Made by a program: the position numbers and the translations under genes | In this document: positions 32,767-42,093 of the stretch, one piece after another | Position numbering within the stretch: position 1 is the first letter of the stretch | How the letters are laid out: each line of letters opens with the position of its first letter | Origin: Tolypothrix carrinoi HA7290-LM1 | Lineage (GTDB): Bacteria; Cyanobacteriota; Cyanobacteriia; Cyanobacteriales; Nostocaceae | NCBI GenBank assembly: GCA_019358935.1 | Contig: JAHHIK010000025.1 | Span: 1-64,000, forward strand | DNA length: 64,000 nt | Reading direction: 5' to 3' | Notes under the pieces: generated by a model | Seen by the model: only the letters and a program-made list of their open reading frames with translations | Told to the model about the DNA's origin: nothing | Database searches by the model: none

Positions 32767-33082
32767 TGGGCAATGGGCAATGGGCAATGGGCAATGGGCA
32801 ATGGGCAATGGGCAATGGGCAATGGGCAATGGGCAATGGGCAATGGGCAATGGGCAATGGGCAATGGGAATAAAGCCAAATTTCGATCAATGCCCACTTG
32901 GACGCTTGCCCCATGACGGCAGATGCTTCAAGCCGGGAAACCCGTCCAACGCACTGCCTCCCCCATGCCCCATGACGGCAGATGCTTCAAGTCGGCAGAG
33001 CCGCCCAACGCACTGCCTCCCCCATGCCCCACTATCCACTATCCACCATCCACCATCCACCATCCACCATCCACCATCCACT
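32767..33082. repeat. STRR arrays (TGGGCAA; CCATCCA) enclosing two structured ~48-bp dispersed repeats
   Basis: Heptamer arrays; ACGGCAGATGCTTCAAG...CAACGCACTGCCTCCCC at 32916 and 32975. Confidence 0.9.
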
Positions 33083-33131
33083 TACTAATTACCGTTGTTT
33101 TTTAAATAGCATTGAAAAGTAGGATAAATAA

Positions 33132-33797
33132 ATGAGTATTACTCCTGAGTCTGTTAAGGAAATGCTTAGTTCTGAGGATTTGGGCGATCGCTTGCGTGCA
33201 GTTAATCAAATCCGCGATTTGGAACCTGCGGTTGGTTTTGAGTTGGCTGAAAGTGCGGTTACTGACAGTAATTCCCGCGTGCGCTATAGTGCGGTGAGTC
33301 TGTTTGATACTTTGGGCAAACAGAATTTAGACGCATCCTTGAATATATTGCGCGATCGCTTGCTCAACGATCCTGAACCTGATGTCCAAGCTGCCGCTGC
33401 TGACTGTTTAGGTGCTTTAAAATTACATGCAGCTTTTGAAGACATGCAGCAGGTTTACCGCACAACCCCGGAATGGCTGGTAAAATTTAGCATCGTTGCC
33501 ACATTAGGAGAGTTAGGCGATCCGCGAGCGTTTGAACTACTCAAAGAAGCCCTTTCCTCAGACAACGACTTAGTAAAAACCGCTGCCATTAGTTCTTTTG
33601 GCGAATTGGGAGACGCACAAGCGATTCCCTTATTAGCCCCCTATGCGAGCAATCCAGATTGGCAAGTGCGCTATAGACTAGTGCAATCTTTGAATCTTCT
33701 GGGTGGTGCAGATGCCAAATCTATATTAGAAACTTTGGCTGACGATGAAGTAGAGGCGATCGCTACTGAAGCGAAAAAATCTTTGCAGTCAGCTTAA
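33132..33797 (+). CDS. nblB: Phycobilisome degradation protein NblB (HEAT/PBS-lyase repeats)
   Basis: MSITPESVKEMLSSEDLGDRLRAVN; HEAT repeats; follows a CBS gene. Confidence 0.85.
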   Translation: MSITPESVKEMLSSEDLGDRLRAVNQIRDLEPAVGFELAESAVTDSNSRVRYSAVSLFDTLGKQNLDASLNILRDRLLNDPEPDVQAAAADCLGALKLHAAFEDMQQVYRTTPEWLVKFSIVATLGELGDPRAFELLKEALSSDNDLVKTAAISSFGELGDAQAIPLLAPYASNPDWQVRYRLVQSLNLLGGADAKSILETLADDEVEAIATEAKKSLQSA

Positions 33798-34380
33798 GAC
33801 TGCCGTTTAGATAATCAATTGTTAATACAGCACTTTCAAGTCCCCGTCTAAATAGATGGGGATTTTTTGTAGTAAGCGTTTTAACGCTTGTATTCGGGAG
33901 GGCACTCTTGTTGCCCACTACGTTCGTGTGAGTCCTGAAATACTGAAAATTAGTTCAAATGCGCTTTTGTAATAGCTTACAGGGAATGTTTGCTTGAGGC
34001 TTAATGTTGGAGTGCCAATTTTTCATGAAAAGCTTTTGATTTATTTGTAAAGAGTCTGCAAAAAGCTGCAAACTATCATGCATAATTTTTACCCGACAAC
34101 CGTATATTAATGTAATTGTTTTTTGTTTGATAACAGTATTTCTTCTATCAGGGTTTACATAAGTAAATTGACTAATAAAGTTTAGATGAATGTGTCAGTC
34201 TACCAGATGACACCTCGGTGAATGCGGACTAACATACGAATATACACGCAGAAGAGGCACAATAAATCAGTTACCTCAAGCATTAAAAAGCACCACTAAT
34301 TAAGAGACACAATCATGAAATTAAACAAACAATTTACCGCGACAGCTATTTCACTAACAGTATCCAACCTCGCCAAAGAA

Positions 34381-35148
34381 ATGATGAATTACAAAAAATC
34401 CTTCGCTTTTATCGGTTTAATCACAAGCAGCGCTCTGGCTCTCTCTTCTAATCCCGCTCAAGCTTTTAATTTCAACACAAGTACTGATTTGGGAAGCTGC
34501 TCTGCTCTCGCGGGTCCTTTTACCAGCAGCGGGTTAAGTTCCACCACTATCAAGCCAAACTGCAAAACTGCTGACGGTTTCACCATCACACCTAATCCTG
34601 AAGGTAAAGAACTTCAAGGTAAAAAAGTTGGTGGAATCGTTGGTGTAGGTGTATCCGGTAAAAAACCTGTTCGCGATGTTGTTGGTGGTGAAATTGACTA
34701 CGGTGAGTCGATTGTATTAACTCTTCCGAATCCTGGAGATGTTCTCAAAAATATCGGTTTAAGCTTTTTATACCGCCCCGGTGTGTTTGCAGACCAAGTG
34801 TGGGAGGCTGCGAGAATCACAACTAATACTGGGCTTGAGGGCATTCTTAAAGTAACAGGTAAAGACACTGCTAGCTGGAGTCTAGGTGGTACAGTTACAA
34901 ATCTCAGCCCTTCTAAGGGTAATGGTGGCGGTTATTACGATATTACAAATCCTTTCGCAAATGCCAGATTTGATTTCCTAACCCTCACTCCTGTTACCTA
35001 TGATTCAGTGGCGCAAAATAGTAGTGCTAACAGTGACTTTGCTTTAACTCATGCAACAGCAGTTCCCGAACCAACTGCGATCGCTGGTCTAGGTTTAGTT
35101 GGTGGATTGCTGCTAGCAACTCGTCGTCGTAAAGCTATCCAATCTTAA
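34381..35148 (+). CDS. PEP-CTERM sorting domain protein
   Basis: Signal ending PAQA; VPEPT + TM + RRRK (alternative start 34315). Confidence 0.88.
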   Translation: MMNYKKSFAFIGLITSSALALSSNPAQAFNFNTSTDLGSCSALAGPFTSSGLSSTTIKPNCKTADGFTITPNPEGKELQGKKVGGIVGVGVSGKKPVRDVVGGEIDYGESIVLTLPNPGDVLKNIGLSFLYRPGVFADQVWEAARITTNTGLEGILKVTGKDTASWSLGGTVTNLSPSKGNGGGYYDITNPFANARFDFLTLTPVTYDSVAQNSSANSDFALTHATAVPEPTAIAGLGLVGGLLLATRRRKAIQS

Positions 35149-35484
35149 TTACCAATTGTGTGAGTTTGGGTGCTTTGGCTGTAGCTGGCATGTTTGACTT
35201 GCGCCAACGCAATAAATCATGCCTTACAGCTTTCAATTACCAGTTTTAGCTTTTTCATTTTATCTACAAGTGAGGCGACAATATTAAAATACATTAGTTA
35301 CATGATTTTCTAACAAAGTTATCAGGGTCTTGCATTTTTATTTTATTCAAACAAGTCGTTTTCCAATGTCTTTTAAATGAGTATAAGAAATAATTACAGC
35401 AATTAATTACTCTCGTATACTCATTTTTTCTTGATAAGCAAATCAATTTTTCTCAGTCCCCAGTCCCCAGTCCCCAGTTGAATT

Positions 35485-36003
35485 CTACGCACCAAAGACC
35501 TGCGACCAAGTTGTGAATAAAAAAACGGCAACCGCAGCGATCGCTAATACTCCCTGAATCAAATTTCCAATTAACGTTCCTGCTACAATCCCTACACCAG
35601 CTTTCACCGCTAATTCAAAGTTACGTTGGTATATATACTCGCCGATAATTGCACCTAACAACGGTCCTAATAATATCCCTAACAACGGACCTCCAAAAGG
35701 CAAAGTCGGCAATAATCCAAAAAATCCCAGCAATAAACCAACTACCGCTCCAATTTGCCCCCATTTACTAGCACCTGCTTGTTTTGCGCCTAAATAGCCA
35801 GCTAAAAAATCAACTCCGATACTCAAAAGCAAAACAAAAACTGTCACAATTAGTGGTATCTTAATCGCAGCGAAGGAACCGCTAACAAATCCCCAGATGA
35901 TAATTGCCGTTAAAATTAAGCTACTTCCAGGAATGGCAGGAACCACAGCACCGATAATACCCACAACCATCAAGGCAACCAATAGCCAATAAATAATTTG
36001 CAT
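35485..36003 (-). CDS. DUF456 family membrane protein
   Basis: GAVVPAIPG, GAKQAGASKWG, GPLLGAIIGE. Confidence 0.9.
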   Translation of the reverse strand: MQIIYWLLVALMVVGIIGAVVPAIPGSSLILTAIIIWGFVSGSFAAIKIPLIVTVFVLLLSIGVDFLAGYLGAKQAGASKWGQIGAVVGLLLGFFGLLPTLPFGGPLLGILLGPLLGAIIGEYIYQRNFELAVKAGVGIVAGTLIGNLIQGVLAIAAVAVFLFTTWSQVFGA

Positions 36004-36059
36004 AAAGTTTTCAACTGATTTATAACGTATTTATTCGTGGAGAAGAAGAAAAATACTCC

Positions 36060-37258
36060 GGGAATTGAATCCCCCGGATTTATCAGTGGGGTTTCCCCGT
36101 GTCCTCTTCAAGGGGTGACAAAATCCTCGATATTTTGGGGAATTTCCCAAAATCAAGATTGCACATTGGCTTGGGCAGCTTCTTTAGATTCCTTTGGTGG
36201 TTTCCCCTGAAAGCACTGAGCAGAAGCGTTGAGCAATTCAAATCCGTCATCTGTATCTGGTCCCATTCCACCAGCGATCGCGATGACGAAGTAATGCATT
36301 GATTTGGCAGTGGTCACGATTTTGTTCCAAGTCTTTTGCTTGACACTGAAACTGACGACGCGATTCTCGTAATGAATCTTAAAAAACTGCATTCCGTCCT
36401 TTGTTACTTCAGGGTTAGGAATTTGATTGATTTTGAGGGTGACTTCTAGCCTGGTAGCGCTGTTCATGGTAGTTTTCTTTTGTACGGTACTTTGTACCAC
36501 ATTACTAGCAACGGGAACGAAGGTTGGGACAAAGTGCTGTTTCTTTGACTTGGGCTTTAACGGCGGTTTAATGACTTCAGCCAGTATTGCTGACAACCTT
36601 CCTTGCTCAAAGCGGCACTCAAAATAACAGAAGTGATTCTGCCAACTAGGATCGACCTTGTTGTAGTAAATACGCACCGGAAACCCCTTCCACAAAAAGC
36701 TGTTCTCTTGCCCACTTGGTGGTTTTTCGTTGCGATAAACGAGCACTAGGCAAGAATCCTCCTCAACGTGTCGCACCACCCCAGACACATAGGCTGTTGC
36801 TGCTGGGCAATAGGAGGACGGGCGATTAAGGCGAACATAATAGTACGGAGGTTTTCGTGATGAGCGAGGGTAACAATTAAAGCACCTGATTTCTTCCTCT
36901 TTCCATTTGCCGATTGCGCGTAGCGCGATCGCTTGTTTATCCAAATAAGCAGGTAATATACTGCCGTCAGCCAGTACCAGGATTCCCTTTCCTAGGTTAT
37001 CGGCACTGGGCAGATACGAACCTTCTAAAAAGGCGATACATTGGAATTTGTCTTTGAGTGGCTGAAACTCGAACTCTAACCGGGACATTGCTGTATCATC
37101 TTACTGCTGTATCAATGGTACAAATAATATCCTGATTATTTGAACGATCGGTCATGCCTAAGGCAATAAACTTATTTAACCTAAGACTGATTTACAAATA
37201 ATTCTTATCTCAATGAGTTGGAAGGGCTTGGGTTTAAGCCCCTTTTAGATAAAGTCAA
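36060..37258 (+). mobile_element. Putative non-autonomous IS200/IS605-type element carrying a passenger gene
   Basis: Left GAATCCCCCGGATTTATCAGTGGGG hairpin; right structured ~120 nt ending hairpin + AAAGTCAA; no tnpA or tnpB. Confidence 0.45.
36153..37088 (-). CDS. Hypothetical plasmid-type protein; C-terminal domain resembles cyanobacterial proteins annotated FinO-like
   Basis: 311 aa ORF; RLEVTLKINQIP, SVKQKTWNK, VIAIAGGMG, GFEL...QCF (recalled similarity). Confidence 0.6.
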   Translation of the reverse strand: MSRLEFEFQPLKDKFQCIAFLEGSYLPSADNLGKGILVLADGSILPAYLDKQAIALRAIGKWKEEEIRCFNCYPRSSRKPPYYYVRLNRPSSYCPAATAYVSGVVRHVEEDSCLVLVYRNEKPPSGQENSFLWKGFPVRIYYNKVDPSWQNHFCYFECRFEQGRLSAILAEVIKPPLKPKSKKQHFVPTFVPVASNVVQSTVQKKTTMNSATRLEVTLKINQIPNPEVTKDGMQFFKIHYENRVVSFSVKQKTWNKIVTTAKSMHYFVIAIAGGMGPDTDDGFELLNASAQCFQGKPPKESKEAAQANVQS

Positions 37259-37349
37259 TAATGCATTTCCTAAAATAGAGGATAAATTCTAACTTATATT
37301 CGTCTCGTAACTGAAATTCCCAAACACTCTTGCTGAAAGCTCAAAATCC

Positions 37350-38231
37350 ATGACGAGAAAAATATTAACTGGACTGAAATCGCAAACCTATGAACACCCC
37401 TTCGATCGCAAAGCCTTGGCTTCTTTGAAAAGTATGCCTGGTGTCTCTCTGCTGCTCAAAAAAATTAACGAGTACGGCATTGACCGCTTACTTAGGCTGC
37501 AATGTCTTGGCAGTGAAATAAGAATCACACCCCGTAATTTTCCCCATTTGCATCAGTCACTTGTAGAAACTTGCCAAATTATTGATGTTGCTCTACTTCC
37601 TGAACTGTATCTGTTTCGAGGCACAGGTCACATTCAAACCTACATTGTTGGAGTGGAAAAACCGATTATCGGTATCAATATAGATGCAATGGAGTGGCTT
37701 AATGAGGATGAGTTGCTTTACATTTTGGGACACGAAGTCGCTCGCATCAAGAGTCAGCATATGGTTTATCACCAAATGGCAATTGTTATGCCAACTTTGA
37801 AAAATTTGTTGAGCAGTACGACATTAGGGGTCGGGGGCTTGGTAGCTGGTGGAATGGAACTGGCTTTGTATAATTGGCGAATGATGGCTAGGTTTACTGC
37901 CGATCGCGCTGGTTTGCTTGCTTGTCAGGATATTGAGGTGGCAACCACTGCACTGATGAAACTTGCGGGTTTGCCTTCGGAGTACTTGAGTGCTACTGTA
38001 ATCGAAGAGTTCCTCGCCCAAGCTCGCGAGTTTGCATCCACTAGCTTTGATAGTGTGGATCAGGTAACAAAAATATTAAGCTATTCAGAAAACGGGCTTT
38101 CTTGGATAGTTATGCGGACTGGCGAATTATTGAAATGGGTAGATTCAGGTGAATATGATAATTTAATTCAAGAGAAAAGTGTAAAGACACCAGAAGAAAT
38201 CGAAGGGTGGAATTTTTTGACTTCTTGGTGA
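37350..38231 (+). CDS. M48-family peptidase homolog, probably catalytically inactive
   Basis: YEHPFDRKAL N-terminus, ADRAGLLACQD; HExxH appears as HEVAR. Confidence 0.85.
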   Translation: MTRKILTGLKSQTYEHPFDRKALASLKSMPGVSLLLKKINEYGIDRLLRLQCLGSEIRITPRNFPHLHQSLVETCQIIDVALLPELYLFRGTGHIQTYIVGVEKPIIGINIDAMEWLNEDELLYILGHEVARIKSQHMVYHQMAIVMPTLKNLLSSTTLGVGGLVAGGMELALYNWRMMARFTADRAGLLACQDIEVATTALMKLAGLPSEYLSATVIEEFLAQAREFASTSFDSVDQVTKILSYSENGLSWIVMRTGELLKWVDSGEYDNLIQEKSVKTPEEIEGWNFLTSW

Positions 38232-38291
38232 CTTCCTCTCTCGGCAAGCAACCTAATAAGGCTTAACTCCAAAGGTATGCAAAAAACGCTT

Positions 38292-38406
38292 ATACCAATT
38301 CTACGTGAGGTTGCGTTTGATTGCCCTCAGGCTGGAAGCCTGGGGCTACACAAACAAAGCCCACCTTCGTGGGCTAATTAGGCGCATCTTCATATAGAAA
38401 CGGTAT
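38292..38406. mobile_element. MITE-like element with imperfect 24-bp TIRs (ATACCAATTCTA...)
   Basis: 18/24 TIR match; same shell at 54999-55124. Confidence 0.65.
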
Positions 38407-38421
38407 TATCAAAGATTTATT

Positions 38422-39063
38422 TTATAAATTAGAGCTTATTGTAACAGCTAATTTATCTGCAATACCGGCAATCCATTTTTCATCTTGTTTGGTATAACTG
38501 CGAGGAGCATTCGCTGCTAAAATCAAAACTCCTTGATTGCCGATTGGTTGACAAATTACACCTTGAGTGTTTTCTGGCAAATAATCAAATTCAACTTTTC
38601 CTGGGTATACTTTTAGAGCCACTAAATAAACTGCTTTTTGCGTTTCGAGTACTCGCTTTAAAATTGGTCCTGGTGTAACTGACGATTTCGTAGCGAGAAT
38701 GCCGCGACGCAACAAAACTTTACCTTGAAAGAAAACTATAAGCGATCGCGTGACTGTATTAGTCAACAATAAATGAGATGCCCAAGCTAATTCAGTTTTT
38801 ACAGCTTCAGGTAAATCGGGCGCAAGTATAAAACCTTCTTCGCCGATTAATTCTACAGTATCAGGCGATCGCGGCTGTACCTGCTGCCAAATTAAACCCG
38901 TTAAAATCAAAACCGCACTCAAAATCACACCCAGCACATCCCCACGCGATTGAGACTGAGTTAGTTCTGGTGTCAACAAACGGTTAATCAACAAAAGTAC
39001 AGCGCCTAATCCACCAACAACGATGGGTAGACGCCGCAGAACTCGATTCGGATCGGTGGTCAT
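38422..39063 (-). CDS. Cofactor assembly of complex C subunit B (CCB4-like)
   Basis: LLINRLL, ELAWASHLLLTNT, VYPGKVEFDYLPENTQGVICQPIG, PRSYTKQDEKW. Confidence 0.85.
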   Translation of the reverse strand: MTTDPNRVLRRLPIVVGGLGAVLLLINRLLTPELTQSQSRGDVLGVILSAVLILTGLIWQQVQPRSPDTVELIGEEGFILAPDLPEAVKTELAWASHLLLTNTVTRSLIVFFQGKVLLRRGILATKSSVTPGPILKRVLETQKAVYLVALKVYPGKVEFDYLPENTQGVICQPIGNQGVLILAANAPRSYTKQDEKWIAGIADKLAVTISSNL

Positions 39064-39190
39064 TAGTCAAAAAGTCAAAAAGTCAAAATTTAGCTTCCTT
39101 GTCCCCCTTGTCCCCCCTGTCTCCCTTGTCCCCCTTGTCCCCCTTGTCCCCCTTGTCCCCCTTGTCCCCCCATCCCCCCATCCCCCCATC

Positions 39191-39919
39191 TCACTCCTCT
39201 CCCGGTTCAATTATCCGTTGAAACAAATAACCAGTACCTCGTGCGGTGAGAATCAACTCTGGGTTACTGGGGTCATCTTCCAATTTTGCCCGCAAACGTG
39301 ATATATGCACATCAACCACACGAGTATCTACATGACGTTCTGGTGTATAACCCCACACTTCCTGTAAAATTTCTGAACGAGAAAAAGCTTCTCCAGAGCG
39401 GCTGACTAACAACTCTAGTAAGCTAAACTCCATACCTGTCAAGCGAATGCGCTCATCGCCTTTGTATACTTGTCGCTTGTTAGTATCGATTCTGATATTG
39501 GCAACATGTATCACCCCAGAACTGGGAATTCCCGAAGCACCTGTTTTGTCTACTCGTCGCAGCACTGAGCGAATGCGAGCTTCTAGTTCTTTGGGGGAAA
39601 ATGGTTTAACTACATAGTCGTCTGCACCCAACTCTAAGCCGGTGATGCGATCGGCAACATCGCCCAAAGCTGTTAGCATAATAATGGGTACATCAGATTC
39701 TTTACGTAATTCTTGACATACACCGTAGCCATCCAGCTTTGGCATCATCACATCCAAAACAACCAAGTCAGGTTCTGCTTTGCGAAAAGTATCCAAAGCT
39801 TCTTCACCGTCGCCTGCTGTCACCACATCGTAGCCAATCATCGAAAGGCGCGTTTCCAAAATTCGGCGAATACTAGCTTCATCGTCTACTACTAGAATTT
39901 TTTCTTTATGACTTTCCAA
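39191..39919 (-). CDS. rpaB: OmpR-family response regulator RpaB (Ycf27)
   Basis: KEKILVVDDEASIRRILETRLSMIGY...LILTARGTGYLFQR. Confidence 0.97.
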   Translation of the reverse strand: MESHKEKILVVDDEASIRRILETRLSMIGYDVVTAGDGEEALDTFRKAEPDLVVLDVMMPKLDGYGVCQELRKESDVPIIMLTALGDVADRITGLELGADDYVVKPFSPKELEARIRSVLRRVDKTGASGIPSSGVIHVANIRIDTNKRQVYKGDERIRLTGMEFSLLELLVSRSGEAFSRSEILQEVWGYTPERHVDTRVVDVHISRLRAKLEDDPSNPELILTARGTGYLFQRIIEPGEE

Positions 39920-40087
39920 GTTTCTCGACGCTCCTTAACTAAAATTTTTCAGATTAATTTTTAATACCATAATATTAAGATATCATTCTATGAATTCATT
40001 GGGAAAAAGCTGTAACTACTACTTTTCTGGGACTTTAATCGGGTAAAAAATTAATAAATAATTAAGATTAATTAATAATATATAAGA

Positions 40088-41620
40088 ATGCCTAAGCCAA
40101 AAACCTTTTTTGTTTGTAACGAATGTGGGTCAGAATCACCTCAGTGGTTTGGTAAGTGTCCAGCTTGCGGTACTTACAACTCTTTGGAGGAGGAGATTAT
40201 TAAACAATCTTCGGTGGATGTACCCAGTCGTGGGGGAGTCAGTGGTTGGCAAGCCAGTCAGAACAATGGTAAGTCTGGTGTTAAAACACCAAAAGCACGA
40301 GCATCTTTAACTTTTAACCAAATTAGCGATCGCCAAGTAACGCGCTGGGAATCCGGTTACGGAGAACTAGATCGAGTGCTTGGTGGTGGTGTAGTTCCCG
40401 GTTCGATGGTGTTAATTGGCGGCGATCCGGGCATCGGTAAATCTACGCTATTGCTGCAAGTATCAAATGCTTTAGCGCAGAGATATCGCATTCTCTACAT
40501 TTCTGGGGAAGAATCAGGACAGCAGATTAAATTAAGAGCTTCTCGCTTAGGTGTATCAAAAGAATTAGGTGAAGTTGTAGATGAAAATGGCAAAGTCGTA
40601 GAAGAAGCACCACAACCAAAAAACTCAGAAAGTATCGGTGCTGATTTATATGTTTTGCCAGAAACAGATTTAGAAGAAATTTTGCGGGAGATAGACTCGC
40701 TAAAACCAAATTTAGCAGTAATTGATAGTATTCAAACAATATTTTTTCCAGCGCTAACTTCCGCACCAGGTTCAGTAGCGCAAGTACGGGAATGTACTGC
40801 CGCATTGATGAAAGTGGCGAAACACGAAGATATTACCATGTTAATTGTGGGACACGTCACCAAAGAAGGAGCGATCGCAGGTCCAAAAGTATTAGAACAC
40901 TTAGTAGATACAGTATTGTACTTTGAAGGCGATCGCTTTGCCTCCCATCGATTGTTAAGAACAGTCAAAAACCGCTTTGGTGCAACTCACGAAATCGGCA
41001 TCTTTGAAATGGTGTCACACGGACTGCGGGAAGTCCCCAACCCCTCAGAATTATTTTTAGGTAATCGCGACGATCCAGCACCTGGTACAGCAATTGTCGT
41101 TGCTTGCGAAGGAACTCGCCCAATTGTGGTAGAATTACAAGCTTTGGTAAGTCCTACTAGCTATTCTTCACCGCGTCGTTCCACCACCGGCATAGATTAC
41201 AATCGCTTAGTACAAATACTTGCGGTGTTAGAAAAACGGGTGGGGATTCCCATGTCGAAGTTGGATTCTTACGTCGCTTCTGCGGGTGGGTTGAATGTGG
41301 AAGAACCGGCGGTAGATTTGGGAGTAGCGATCGCTATTGTTGCCAGTTTCCGCGATCGCATAGTCGATCCGGGTACAGTGTTGATTGGAGAAGTGGGTTT
41401 AGGGGGACAAGTGCGATCGGTTTCGCAAATGGAACTGCGTTTAAAAGAAGCTGCTAAATTGGGGTTTAAAAGAGCGATCGTTCCCAAAGGACAAAAATTT
41501 CCCGATTTAAATATTGAGATTTTACCAGTTGCCAAAGTAATAGATGCAATTATTGCCGCCATTCCCCAACAAGGGCTGACAGAAGAAGATTTGATGCCAG
41601 ACGAGGATGAGGAGGATTGA
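40088..41620 (+). CDS. radA: DNA repair protein RadA/Sms
   Basis: C4 zinc finger, GDPGIGKST, KNRFG, Lon-like C-terminus. Confidence 0.98.
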   Translation: MPKPKTFFVCNECGSESPQWFGKCPACGTYNSLEEEIIKQSSVDVPSRGGVSGWQASQNNGKSGVKTPKARASLTFNQISDRQVTRWESGYGELDRVLGGGVVPGSMVLIGGDPGIGKSTLLLQVSNALAQRYRILYISGEESGQQIKLRASRLGVSKELGEVVDENGKVVEEAPQPKNSESIGADLYVLPETDLEEILREIDSLKPNLAVIDSIQTIFFPALTSAPGSVAQVRECTAALMKVAKHEDITMLIVGHVTKEGAIAGPKVLEHLVDTVLYFEGDRFASHRLLRTVKNRFGATHEIGIFEMVSHGLREVPNPSELFLGNRDDPAPGTAIVVACEGTRPIVVELQALVSPTSYSSPRRSTTGIDYNRLVQILAVLEKRVGIPMSKLDSYVASAGGLNVEEPAVDLGVAIAIVASFRDRIVDPGTVLIGEVGLGGQVRSVSQMELRLKEAAKLGFKRAIVPKGQKFPDLNIEILPVAKVIDAIIAAIPQQGLTEEDLMPDEDEED

Positions 41621-41804
41621 CCTCTCCCCAACCCCTCCCCTGGCAGGGGAGGGGCTTTTACTGGTTGCCACAAGCGAGGTGGGAATGCATTGTGGCAGGC
41701 TCTGCCTTTTTCTAAATGAGGTGTGAGCCTGATTGTAAAATTGATAACACCCAATCCCCACTTTGAAATATTCAACACTTGTTGGGTGCGATCGCTTTTA
41801 ATTT

Positions 41805-42009
41805 AACGTGAGTTCGATGAACCTCTCCCCAACCCCTCTCCGATGCGGAGAGGGGCAGACATCTTCCTAGTTTTGAACGCAAAAATCAAGGTTTCAAAGG
41901 CTCTCCAGTAATAAAAGCTGCTCCTCTTCCCTCCCCTTGTAGGGGAGGGTTAGGGAGAGGTGGGGGAGAGGTTTGGAGAGGGGTTTTTTACATTCGTCGA
42001 ACTCACGTT
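41805..42009. mobile_element. MITE with 17-bp TIRs (AACGTGAGTTCGAYGAA) and AATTT direct repeats
   Basis: TIRs 16/17 identical; AATTT at 41800-41804 and 42010-42014; internal CCTCTCC/GGAGAGG hairpins. Confidence 0.8.
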
Positions 42010-42093
42010 AATTTAATACATCAAACTAGAGATAATCAAATTGACACAGCGATACGCGGTATGGCTGTTAAATTATCATTTGGTTAAAAAACT

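Noticed and set aside
32687..33105. (AHCPLPI)n and (GQWAMGN)n ORFs
   Set aside because: Heptamer STRR translations
29694..34072. TTT(A/G)CA direct repeats upstream of both PEP-CTERM genes (29694-29710; 34046-34072) as a shared regulator site
   Set aside because: Short, AT-rich, opposite orientations and inconsistent spacing; cannot be told from chance
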